This document shows positions 41,975 through 53,800 of a stretch of DNA of 64,000 bases, one piece after another. The notes beneath the pieces were generated by a model. That model worked only from the letters and a program-made list of their open reading frames with translations, was not told the DNA's origin and searched no databases. The stretch's first letter is position 1. Each line of letters starts with the position of its first letter. Made by a program: the position numbers and the translations under genes. Location: the NCBI RefSeq assembly GCF_009914755.1, contig NC_060939.1, one strand, 5' to 3'. Source of the stretch: the human T2T-CHM13v2.0 reference genome, Homo sapiens.

Positions 41975-44900
41975 TGATTGTGCATTCAACTCACAGAGTT
42001 AAACCTATCTTATGATTGACCAGTTTTGGAACACTCTTTTCATAGGATCTGCAAGTGGATATTTGGCGTGCTTTGAGGCCTATCGTGGAAAAGCAAATAA
42101 CTTCAGATAAAAACTATACAGAAGCATTCTGAGAAACTTCTTTGTGATGTGTGCATTGATCTCACAGAGTTGAAAGTGTATTTTGATTGAGCAGTTTTGA
42201 AACACTCTTTTTGTAGAATCTGCAAGTGGATAATTGGGGAGATTTGAGGTATATTGTGGAAAAGCAAGTATCTTCATATAAAAACTATACAGAAGCTTTC
42301 TGAGAAACATCTTTGTGAGGTTTGCATTCAACTCACAGAGCTGGAACTATCTTTTGAGTGACCAGTTTTGAATCTCTCTTTTTGTACAATCTGCAAGTGG
42401 ATATTTGGAGCGTTTTGAGGCCTACATTTGAAAATCAAATATCTTCCCTTAAAAGCTACACAGAAACATTCTCAGAAATTGTTTGTCATGTGTGCTTTCA
42501 AATTACCAAGTTGAACCTACCTTGTGATTGAGCAGTTTTGAATCTCTCTTTTTGTGGAATCTGCAAGTGGATATTTTTAGCCATTTGCGGACTGTGGTGG
42601 AAAAGGAATTATCTTCAAATCCATTCTACACAGAAGCATTCAGACAAACTTTTTGTGATGAGTGCATTGGTCACACAGAATTGAACCTCTCCTTTGATTG
42701 AGCAATTCTGAAACACTCTTTCAGAGGGTCTGCAAGTGGATATTTTAGAGCTTTGGGACAATTGTGGAAAAGTAAATATCTTCACATAGAAACTACACGG
42801 AAGCATTCTGAGAAACTTCTTTGGAGGTGTGCATTCAACTCACAGAGTTGAACCTATCTTTTCATTGAGCAGTTTTGAATCTCTCTTTTTGTAGACTCTG
42901 CTTGCAGATATTTGGAGAGCTTTGAGGCCTATTGTGGAAAAGGAATCATCTTCACATAAAAACACACAGAAGCACTCTGAGAAACTTCTTTGTGAAGTGT
43001 GCATTCAACTCACAGAGTTGAACCTATCTTTTGATTGAGAAGCTTTGAATCTCTCTTTTTGTAGAAGCTGCATGTGGATATTTGGAGACGTTTGTGGCCT
43101 ATGGTAGAAAAGACAATATCTTCAAATAAAAACTAGACAGAAGCATTTTGAGAAATTTCTCTGTGCTGTGTGCATTCATATCACATGGTTGAAACTACCT
43201 TTTGGTTGAGCAGTTTTGAATCTCTCTTTTTGTAACATCTGCAATGGATATTTGGAGCCCTTTGTGGTCTGTGGTGGAAAAGGAACTATCCTCAAATAAA
43301 AACTACACAGAAGTATTCCGAGAAACTTCCTTGTGATGTGTGCATTCATCTCACAGGGTTGAACCTTTGGTTTGATTGAGCAGTTTTGAGACAATCTTTC
43401 CATAGAATCTGGAAGTGAATATTTGGAGAACCTTGAGATCTATTTTGGAGAAGGAGATATCTTTATATGAAAACTGCACAGAAGCATTCTGAGAAACATC
43501 TTTGTGAGGTGTGCAATGAAGTCACAGAGTTGAAACTATGTTTTGATTCAGCAGTTTTGAGTCTCTCTTTTTGCAGAATCTGCGAGTGGATATCTGGAGA
43601 ACTTGGAGGCCTATTTGGAAAAGGAAATATCTTCACATATAAACTATGCAGAAGCATTTTGAGATTCTTCTTTGTGAGGTGTGCATTCAACTCACAGAGT
43701 TGAACTTATCTTTTCCTTGAGCACTTTCATATCTCATTTTCTGTAGAATCTGCAAGTGGATATTTGGAGCTCTTTGCACCCTGTGGTGGAAAGGGAACTA
43801 TCTTCATATAAAAACTACAAAGAAGCATTCAGAGAAACTTCTTGTGATGAAGGCATTCCTCACACAGAGCTGAACCTTTCTTTTTATTGAGCAGTATTGA
43901 AACGCTCTTTTTGCAGAATCACCAAGTGGATATTTGGAGAGCTTTGGGGCCTGTTTTGGAAAATGAAATATCTTCAAAGTAAAACTACACAGAACCATTC
44001 TGAGAAACTTCTTTATGATGTGTGCATTCAACTCTCAGAGTTGAACCTACCTTATGATTGAGCAATTTGGAAACACTCTCTTTGTAGAGCCTGCAAGTGG
44101 ATATTTAGAACGATTTGAGGCCTATTGTGGAAAAGCAAATATCTTCACATAAAAACTACACAGAAGCATTCTGAGAAACTTCTTTGGCATGTGTGCATTC
44201 AACTAACAGTGTTGATCGTATCTTTTGATTGAGCAGCTTAAAATCTCTCTTTTTGTAGAAAATGCAAGTAGATATTTGGAGCCCCATTTTGCCCTATGGT
44301 AGAAAACAAAACATCTTCACATAAAATCTACACAGAAGCATTCTGAGAAACTTCTTTGTGATGTTTGCATTGAACTCCCAGAGTCGAACCTATCTTTTGA
44401 TAGAGCACTTTTGTATCTCTCTTTTTGCGGAATCTGCAAGTGGATATTTGGAAAGCTTGAGGCCTATTGTGAAAAAGGAAATATCTTCACATAAAAACTA
44501 CAGAGAAGCATTCTGAGAAACTTCTTTGTGAGGCATGGATTCAACCCACAGAGTTGGACTTATCATTGAGCAGTTTTGAATCTCTCTTTTTGTCGAATCT
44601 GCAAGTGGATATTTGGAGCCCTTTGCAACCTAGGGTGGAAAAGGAAATACCTTCAAATAAAAACTATATAGAAGCATTCCGTAAAACTTCTTTGTGATGT
44701 GTGCATTCGTCTCACAGAGTTGAACCTATCTAATGATTGAGCGGTTTTGAAACACTCATTTTGTAGAACCTGCAAGTGGATATTGGGAGTACTTTGTGGC
44801 CTTCTTTGGAAAAGGGAATATCTTCACATAAAAACTACAAAGAAGCATTCTGAGAAACTTCTTTGTGATGTGTGCATTCATCTCACAGTGTTGGACGTTT

Positions 44901-47836
44901 CTTTTGATAGGGCAGTTTCGAAAGAGTCTTCTTGTAGAGTCTGCAAGTGGATATTTGGAGCGCTTTGAGGCCTAATGTGGAAAATCAAATATCTTCACAT
45001 AAAAACTACACAGAGGCATTCTGAGAAACTTCTTTTTTGTGTGTGCATTCAACTCACATAGTTGAAGTAATCTTTGGATTTAGCTGTTTTGAATCTCCTT
45101 TTTGCAGAATCTGCAAGTTGATACTTGGAGCCCTGTTTCACCCTATAGTGGAAAAGCAAATATCTTCACATAAACAAACCCTACAGAGAAGCATTCAGAG
45201 AAAGTCCTTTGTGATGTGTGCATTGAACATGCAGAGTTGACACTATCTTTTGATTGTACAGTTTTGAATACGTCTTTTTGTAGAATCTGCAAGTGGAAGT
45301 TTGGAGCTGTTTGCACCCTGTGGTGTAAAAGGAAATATCTTCATATAAAAGCTACACAGAAGCATTCAGAAAGACTTCTTTGTGATGAATGCGTTCCTCA
45401 CACAGAGTTGAATCTTCCTTTTTATTGAGTAGTATTGAAACCCTCTTTTTGCAGAATAACCAGGTGGATATTTGGAGAGCTTTGAGGCCTGTTTTGGAAA
45501 AGGAAATATCTTCAAATTAAAACCACACAGAAGCATTCTGAGAAGCTTCTTTGTGATGTGTGCATTCAACTCTCAGAGTTCAACGTGTCTTATGATGGAG
45601 CACTTTGGAAACACTCTTTTTTGTAGAAACTGCAAGTGGATATGTAGAGCGATTTGAGGCCTACTGTGGAAAAGCAAATATCTTCACATAAAAACTACAC
45701 AGAAGCATTCTGAGAAACTTCTTTGGCATGTGTGCATTCAACTAACAGTGTTGAACGTATCTTTTGATTGAGCAGCTTAGAATCTCTCTTTTTGTAGAAA
45801 ATGCAAGTAGATATTTGGAGCCCCATTTTGCCCTATGGTAGAAAACAAAACATCTTCACATAAAATCTACACAGAAGCATTCTGAGAAACTTCTTTGTGA
45901 TGTTTGCATTGAACTCCCAGAGTCGAACCTATCTTTTGATAGAGCACTTTTGTATCTCTCTTTTTGCGGAATCTGCAAGTGGATATTTGGAAAGCTTGAG
46001 GCCTATTGTGAAAAAGGAAATGTCTTCACATAAAAACTACAGAGAAGCATTCTGAGAAACTTCTTTGTGAGGCATGGATTCAACCCACAGAGTTGGACTT
46101 ATCATTGAGCAGTTTTGAATCTCTCTTTTTGTCGAATCTGCAAGTGGATATTTGGAGCCCTTTGCAACCTAGGGTGGAAAAGGAAATACCTTCAAATAAA
46201 AACTATATAGAAGCATTCCGTAAAACTTCTTTGTGATGTGTGCATTCGTCTCACAGAGTTGAACCTATCTAATGATTGAGCGGTTTTGAAACACTCATTT
46301 TGTAGAACCTGCAAGTGGATATTGGGAGTACTTTGTGGCCTTCTTTGGAAAAGGGAATATCTTCACATAAAAACTACAAAGAAGCATTCTGAGAAACTTC
46401 TTTGTGATGTGTGCATTCATCTCACAGTGTTGGACGTTTCTTTTGATAGGGCAGTTTTGAAACACTCTTTTTCTAGAATCTGCAAGTGGATATTTGGAGC
46501 GCTTTGAGGCCTAATGTGGAAAATCAAATATCTTCACATAAAAACTACACAGAGGCATTCTGAGAAACTTCTTTTTTTGTGTGTGCATTCAACTCACATA
46601 GTTGAAGTAATCTTTGGATTTAGCTGTTTTGAATCTCCTTTTTGCAGAATCTGCAAGTTGATACTTGGAGCCCTGTTTCACCCTATAGTGGAAAAGCAAA
46701 TATCTTCACATAAACAAACCCTACAGAGAAGCATTCAGAGAAAGTCCTTTGTGATGTGTGCATTGAACATGCAGAGTTGACACTATCTTTTGATTGTACA
46801 GTTTTGAATACGTCTTTTTGTAGAATCTGCAAGTGGAAGTTTGGAGCTGTTTGCACCCTGTGGTGTAAAAGGAAATATCTTCATATAAAAGCTACACAGA
46901 AGCATTCAGAAAGACTTCTTTGTGATGAATGCGTTCCTCACACAGAGTTGAATCTTCCTTTTTATTGAGTAGTATTGAAACCCTCTTTTTGCAGAATAAC
47001 CAGGTGGATATTTGGAGAGCTTTGAGGCCTGTTTTGGAAAAGCAAATATCTTCAAATTAAAACCACACAGAAGCATTCTGAGAAGCTTCTTTGTGATGTG
47101 TGCATTCAACTCTCAGAGTTCAACGTGTCTTATGATGGAGCAGTTTGGAAACACTCTTTTTTGTAGAAACTGCAAGTGGATATGTAGAGCGATTTGAGGC
47201 CTACTGTGGAAAAGCAAATATCTTCACATAACAACTACACAGAAGCACTCCTAGAAACTTCTTTGTGATGTGTGAATTCAACTCACAGAGCTGAACCTAT
47301 CTTTTGATGGAGTAGCTTAGAATCTCTCTTTTTTTAGAATCTGCACGTGGATATTTGGAGCGCTTTGAGACCTAAAGTGGAAAAGCAAATATCTTCACAT
47401 AAAATCTACATAGAGGCACTCTAAGAAACTTCTTTTTGATGTGTGCATTCACCTCACAGAGCTGAACCGATCCTTCGAGTGACCAGTTTTGAATCTCTCT
47501 TTTTATACAATCTGCAAGTGGATATTTGGAGCCCTTTGCGGCCTATGGTGGAAAAGGAAATATCTTCAAATAAAAACTACACAGAAGCATTCTGAGTCCC
47601 TATTTTGGAAAAGAAAATATCTTCACTTAAACAACTACGCAGAAATACTGTGAGAAACTTCTTTGTTATGTGAGCATTCAACTCACAGAGTTGAACCTAT
47701 CTTTTGATTGAGCAGTTTTGAATCTCTCATTTTGCAGAATCTGCAAGGGGATATTTGGAGCCCTTTGCGGCCTATGGTGGAAAAGGAAATACCTTCAAAT
47801 GAAAAGCACACAGAGGCATTCTGAGAAACTTCCTCG
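41975..47836 (+). repeat. HOR copy 10, long structural variant (5,862 bp) with the 9-monomer duplication (~44153-45691 and ~45692-47231) and a 1-bp T-run extension
   Basis: Marker spacing 42080 to 47942 is 5,862. The duplicated pseudo-ORF is at 44747 and 46286. There is a T7 run at 46572-46578, versus T6 in earlier copies. Confidence 0.96.
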
Positions 47837-50800
47837 TGATTGTGCATTCAACTCACAGAGTTAAACCTATCTTATGATTGACCAGTTTTGGAACACTCTT
47901 TTCATAGGATCTGCAAGTGGATATTTGGCGTGCTTTGAGGCCTATCGTGGAAAAGCAAATAACTTCAGATAAAAACTATACAGAAGCATTCTGAGAAACT
48001 TCTTTGTGATGTGTGCATTGATCTCACAGAGTTGAAAGTGTATTTTGATTGAGCAGTTTTGAAACACTCTTTTTGTAGAATCTGCAAGTGGATAATTGGG
48101 GAGATTTGAGGTATATTGTGGAAAAGCAAGTATCTTCATATAAAAACTATACAGAAGCTTTCTGAGAAACATCTTTGTGAGGTTTGCATTCAACTCACAG
48201 AGCTGGAACTATCTTTTGAGTGACCAGTTTTGAATCTCTCTTTTTGTACAATCTGCAAGTGGATATTTGGAGCGTTTTGAGGCCTACATTTGAAAATCAA
48301 ATATCTTCCCTTAAAAGCTACACAGAAACATTCTCAGAAATTGTTTGTCATGTGTGCTTTCAAATTACCAAGTTGAACCTACCTTGTGATTGAGCAGTTT
48401 TGAATCTCTCTTTTTGTGGAATCTGCAAGTGGATATTTTTAGCCATTTGCGGACTGTGGTGGAAAAGGAATTATCTTCAAATCCATTCTACACAGAAGCA
48501 TTCAGACAAACTTTTTGTGATGAGTGCATTGGTCACACAGAATTGAACCTCTCCTTTGATTGAGCAATTCTGAAACACTCTTTCAGAGGGTCTGCAAGTG
48601 GATATTTTAGAGCTTTGGGACAATTGTGGAAAAGTAAATATCTTCACATAGAAACTACACGGAAGCATTCTGAGAAACTTCTTTGGAGGTGTGCATTCAA
48701 CTCACAGAGTTGAACCTATCTTTTCATTGAGCAGTTTTGAATCTCTCTTTTTGTAGACTCTGCTTGCAGATATTTGGAGAGCTTTGAGGCCTATTGTGGA
48801 AAAGGAATCATCTTCACATAAAAACACACAGAAGCACTCTGAGAAACTTCTTTGTGAAGTGTGCATTCAACTCACAGAGTTGAACCTATCTTTTGATTGA
48901 GAAGCTTTGAATCTCTCTTTTTGTAGAAGCTGCATGTGGATATTTGGAGACGTTTGTGGCCTATGGTAGAAAAAGCAATATCTTCAAATAAAAACTAGAC
49001 AGAAGCATTTTGAGAAATTTCTCTGTGCTGTGTGCATTCATATCACATGGTTGAAACTACCTTTTGGTTGAGCAGTTTTGAATCTCTCTTTTTGTAACAT
49101 CTGCAATGGATATTTGGAGCCCTTTGTGGTCTGTGGTGGAAAAGGAACTATCCTCAAATAAAAACTACACAGAAGTATTCCGAGAAACTTCCTTGTGATG
49201 TGTGCATTCATCTCACAGGGTTGAACCTTTGGTTTGATTGAGCAGTTTTGAGACAATCTTTCCATAGAATCTGGAAGTGAATATTTGGAGAACCTTGAGA
49301 TCTATTTTGGAGAAGGAGATATCTTTATATGAAAACTGCACAGAAGCATTCTGAGAAACATCTTTGTGAGGTGTGCAATGAAGTCACAGAGTTGAAACTA
49401 TGTTTTGATTCAGCAGTTTTGAGTCTCTCTTTTTGCAGAATCTGCGAGTGGATATCTGGAGAACTTGGAGGCCTATTTGGAAAAGGAAATATCTTCACAT
49501 ATAAACTATGCAGAAGCATTTTGAGATTCTTCTTTGTGAGGTGTGCATTCAACTCACAGAGTTGAACTTATCTTTTCCTTGAGCACTTTCATATCTCATT
49601 TTCTGTAGAATCTGCAAGTGGATATTTGGAGCTCTTTGCACCCTGTGGTGGAAAGGGAACTATCTTCATATAAAAACTACAAAGAAGCATTCAGAGAAAC
49701 TTCTTGTGATGAATGCATTCCTCACACAGAGCTGAACCTTTCTTTTTATGGAGCAGTATTGAAACGCTCTTTTTGCAGAATCACCAAGTGGATATTTGGA
49801 GAGCTTTGGGGCCTGTTTTGGAAAATGAAATATCTTCAAAGTAAAACTACACAGAACCATTCTGAGAAACTTCTTTATGATGTGTGCATTCAACTCTCAG
49901 AGTTGAACCTACCTTATGATTGAGCAATTTGGAAACACTCTTTTTGTAGAGCCTGCAAGTGGATATTTAGAACGATTTGAGGCCTATTGTGGAAAAGCAA
50001 ATATCTTCACATAAAAACTACACAGAAGCATTCTGAGAAACTTCTTTGGCATGTGTGCATTCAACTAACAGTGTTGAACGTATCTTTTGATTGAGCAGCT
50101 TAGAATCTCTCTTTTTGTAGAAAATGCAAGTAGATATTTGGAGCCCCATTTTGCCCTATGGTAGAAAACAAAACATCTTCACATAAAATCTACACAGAAG
50201 CATTCTGAGAAACTTCTTTGTGATGTTTGCATTGAACTCCCAGAGTCGAACCTATCTTTTGATAGAGCACTTTTGTATCTCTCTTTTTGCGGAATCTGCA
50301 AGTGGATATTTGGAAAGCTTGAGGCTTATTGTGAAAAAGGAAATATCTTCACATAAAAACTACAGAGAAGCATTCTGAGAAACTTCTTTGTGAGGCATGG
50401 ATTCAACCCACAGAGTTGGACTTATCATTGAGCAGTTTTGAATCTCTCTTTTTGTCGAATCTGCAAGTGGATATTTGGAGCCCTTTGCAACCTAGGGTGG
50501 AAAAGGAAATACCTTCAAATAAAAACTATATAGAAGCATTCCGTAAAACTTCTTTGTGATGTGTGCATTCGTCTCACAGAGTTGAACCTATCTAATGATT
50601 GAGCGGTTTTGAAACACTCATTTTGTAGAACCTGCAAGTGGATATTGGGAGTACTTTGTGGCCTTCTTTGGAAAAGGGAATATCTTCACATAAAAACTAC
50701 AAAGAAGCATTCTGAGAAACTTCTTTGTGATGTGTGCATTCATCTCACAGTGTTGGACGTTTCTTTTGATAGGGCAGTTTTGAAACACTCTTTTTCTAGA

Positions 50801-53800
50801 ATCTGCAAGTGGATATTTGGAGCGCTTTGAGGCCTAATGTGGAAAATCAAATATCTTCACATAAAAACTACACAGAGGCATTCTGAGAAACTTCTTTTTT
50901 TGTGTGTGCATTCAACTCACATAGTTGAAGTAATCTTTGGATTTAGCTGTTTTGAATCTCCTTTTTGCAGAATCTGCAAGTTGATACTTGGAGCCCTGTT
51001 TCACCCTATAGTGGAAAAGCAAATATCTTCACATAAACAAACCCTACAGAGAAGCATTCAGAGAAAGTCCTTTGTGATGTGTGCATTGAACATGCAGAGT
51101 TGACACTATCTTTTGATTGTACAGTTTTGAATACGTCTTTTTGTAGAATCTGCAAGTGGAAGTTTGGAGCTGTTTGCACCCTGTGGTGTAAAAGGAAATA
51201 TCTTCATATAAAAGCTACACAGAAGCATTCAGAAAGACTTCTTTGTGATGAATGCGTTCCTCACACAGAGTTGAATCTTCCTTTTTATTGAGTAGTATTG
51301 AAACCCTCTTTTTGCAGAATAACCAGGTGGATATTTGGAGAGCTTTGAGGCCTGTTTTGGAAAAGCAAATATCTTCAAATTAAAACCACACAGAAGCATT
51401 CTGAGAAGCTTCTTTGTGATGTGTGCATTCAACTCTCAGAGTTCAACGTGTCTTATGATGGAGCAGTTTGGAAACACTCTTTTTTGTAGAAACTGCAAGT
51501 GGATATGTAGAGCGATTTGAGGCCTACTGTGGAAAAGCAAATATCTTCACATAACAACTACACAGAAGCACTCCTAGAAACTTCTTTGTGATGTGTGAAT
51601 TCAACTCACAGAGCTGAACCTATCTTTTGATGGAGTAGCTTAGAATCTCTCTTTTTTTAGAATCTGCACGTGGATATTTGGAGCGCTTTGAGACCTAAAG
51701 TGGAAAAGCAAATATCTTCACATAAAATCTACATAGAGGCACTCTAAGAAACTTCTTTTTGATGTGTGCATTCACCTCACAGAGCTGAACCGATCCTTCG
51801 AGTGACCAGTTTTGAATCTCTCTTTTTATACAATCTGCAAGTGGATATTTGGAGCCCTTTGCGGCCTATGGTGGAAAAGGAAATATCTTCAAATAAAAAC
51901 TACACAGAAGCATTCTGAGTCCCTATTTTGGAAAAGAAAATATCTTCACTTAAACAACTACGCAGAAATACTGTGAGAAACTTCTTTGTTATGTGAGCAT
52001 TCAACTCACAGAGTTGAACCTATCTTTTGATTGAGCAGTTTTGAATCTCTCATTTTGCAGAATCTGCAAGGGGATATTTGGAGCCCTTTGCGGCCTATGG
52101 TGGAAAAGGAAATACCTTCAAATGAAAAGCACACAGAGGCATTCTGAGAAACTTCCTCGTGATTGTGCATTCAACTCACAGAGTTAAACCTATCTTATGA
52201 TTGACCAGTTTTGGAACACTCTTTTCATAGGATCTGCAAGTGGATATTTGGCGTGCTTTGAGGCCTATCGTGGAAAAGCAAATAACTTCAGATAAAAACT
52301 ATACAGAAGCATTCTGAGAAACTTCTTTGTGATGTGTGCATTGATCTCACAGAGTTGAAAGTGTATTTTGATTGAGCAGTTTTGAAACACTCTTTTTGTA
52401 GAATCTGCAAGTGGATAATTGGGGAGATTTGAGGTATATTGTGGAAAAGCAAGTATCTTCATATAAAAACTATACAGAAGCTTTCTGAGAAACATCTTTG
52501 TGAGGTTTGCATTCAACTCACAGAGCTGGAACTATCTTTTGAGTGACCAGTTTTGAATCTCTCTTTTTGTACAATCTGCAAGTGGATATTTGGAGCGTTT
52601 TGAGGCCTACATTTGAAAATCAAATATCTTCCCTTAAAAGCTACACAGAAACATTCTCAGAAATTGTTTGTCATGTGTGCTTTCAAATTACCAAGTTGAA
52701 CCTACCTTGTGATTGAGCAGTTTTGAATCTCTCTTTTTGTGGAATCTGCAAGTGGATATTTTTAGCCATTTGCGGACTGTGGTGGAAAAGGAATTATCTT
52801 CAAATCCATTCTACACAGAAGCATTCAGACAAACTTTTTGTGATGAATGCATTGGTCACACAGAATTGAACCTCTCCTTTGATTGAGCAATTCTGAAACA
52901 CTCTTTCAGAGGGTCTGCAAGTGGATATTTTAGAGCTTTGGGACAATTGTGGAAAAGTAAATATCTTCACATAGAAACTACACGGAAGCATTCTGAGAAA
53001 CTTCTTTGGAGGTGTGCATTCAACTCACAGAGTTGAACCTATCTTTTCATTGAGCAGTTTTGAATCTCTCTTTTTGTAGACTCTGCTTGCAGATATTTGG
53101 AGAGCTTTGAGGCCTATTGTGGAAAAGGAATCATCTTCACATAAAAACACACAGAAGCACTCTGAGAAACTTCTTTGTGAAGTGTGCATTCAACTCACAG
53201 AGTTGAACCTATCTTTTGATTGAGAAGCTTTGAATCTCTCTTTTTGTAGAAGCTGCATGTGGATATTTGGAGACGTTTGTGGCCTATGGTAGAAAAGGCA
53301 ATATCTTCAAATAAAAACTAGACAGAAGCATTTTGAGAAATTTCTCTGTGCTGTGTGCATTCATATCACATGGTTGAAACTACCTTTTGGTTGAGCAGTT
53401 TTGAATCTCTCTTTTTGTAACATCTGCAATGGATATTTGGAGCCCTTTGTGGTCTGTGGTGGAAAAGGAACTATCCTCAAATAAAAACTACACAGAAGTA
53501 TTCCGAGAAACTTCCTTGTGATGTGTGCATTCATCTCACAGGGTTGAACCTTTGGTTTGATTGAGCAGTTTTGAGACAATCTTTCCATAGAATCTGGAAG
53601 TGAATATTTGGAGAACCTTGAGATCTATTTTGGAGAAGGAGATATCTTTATATGAAAACTGCACAGAAGCATTCTGAGAAACATCTTTGTGAGGTGTGCA
53701 ATGAAGTCACAGAGTTGAAACTATGTTTTGATTCAGCAGTTTTGAGTCTCTCTTTTTGCAGAATCTGCGAGTGGATATCTGGAGAACTTGGAGGCCTATT

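Noticed and set aside
17287-47836. Super-repeat as a pure assembly artefact
   Set aside because: The three blocks carry private and nested SNVs rather than being identical. This is not fully excluded without reads.
49618-49923. Longer ORFs present in only some copies (101 aa here; 97 aa at 24581; 88 aa at 46514)
   Set aside because: Each results from a single SNV or 1-bp indel that removes a stop or shifts frame. There is no evidence of selection or expression.
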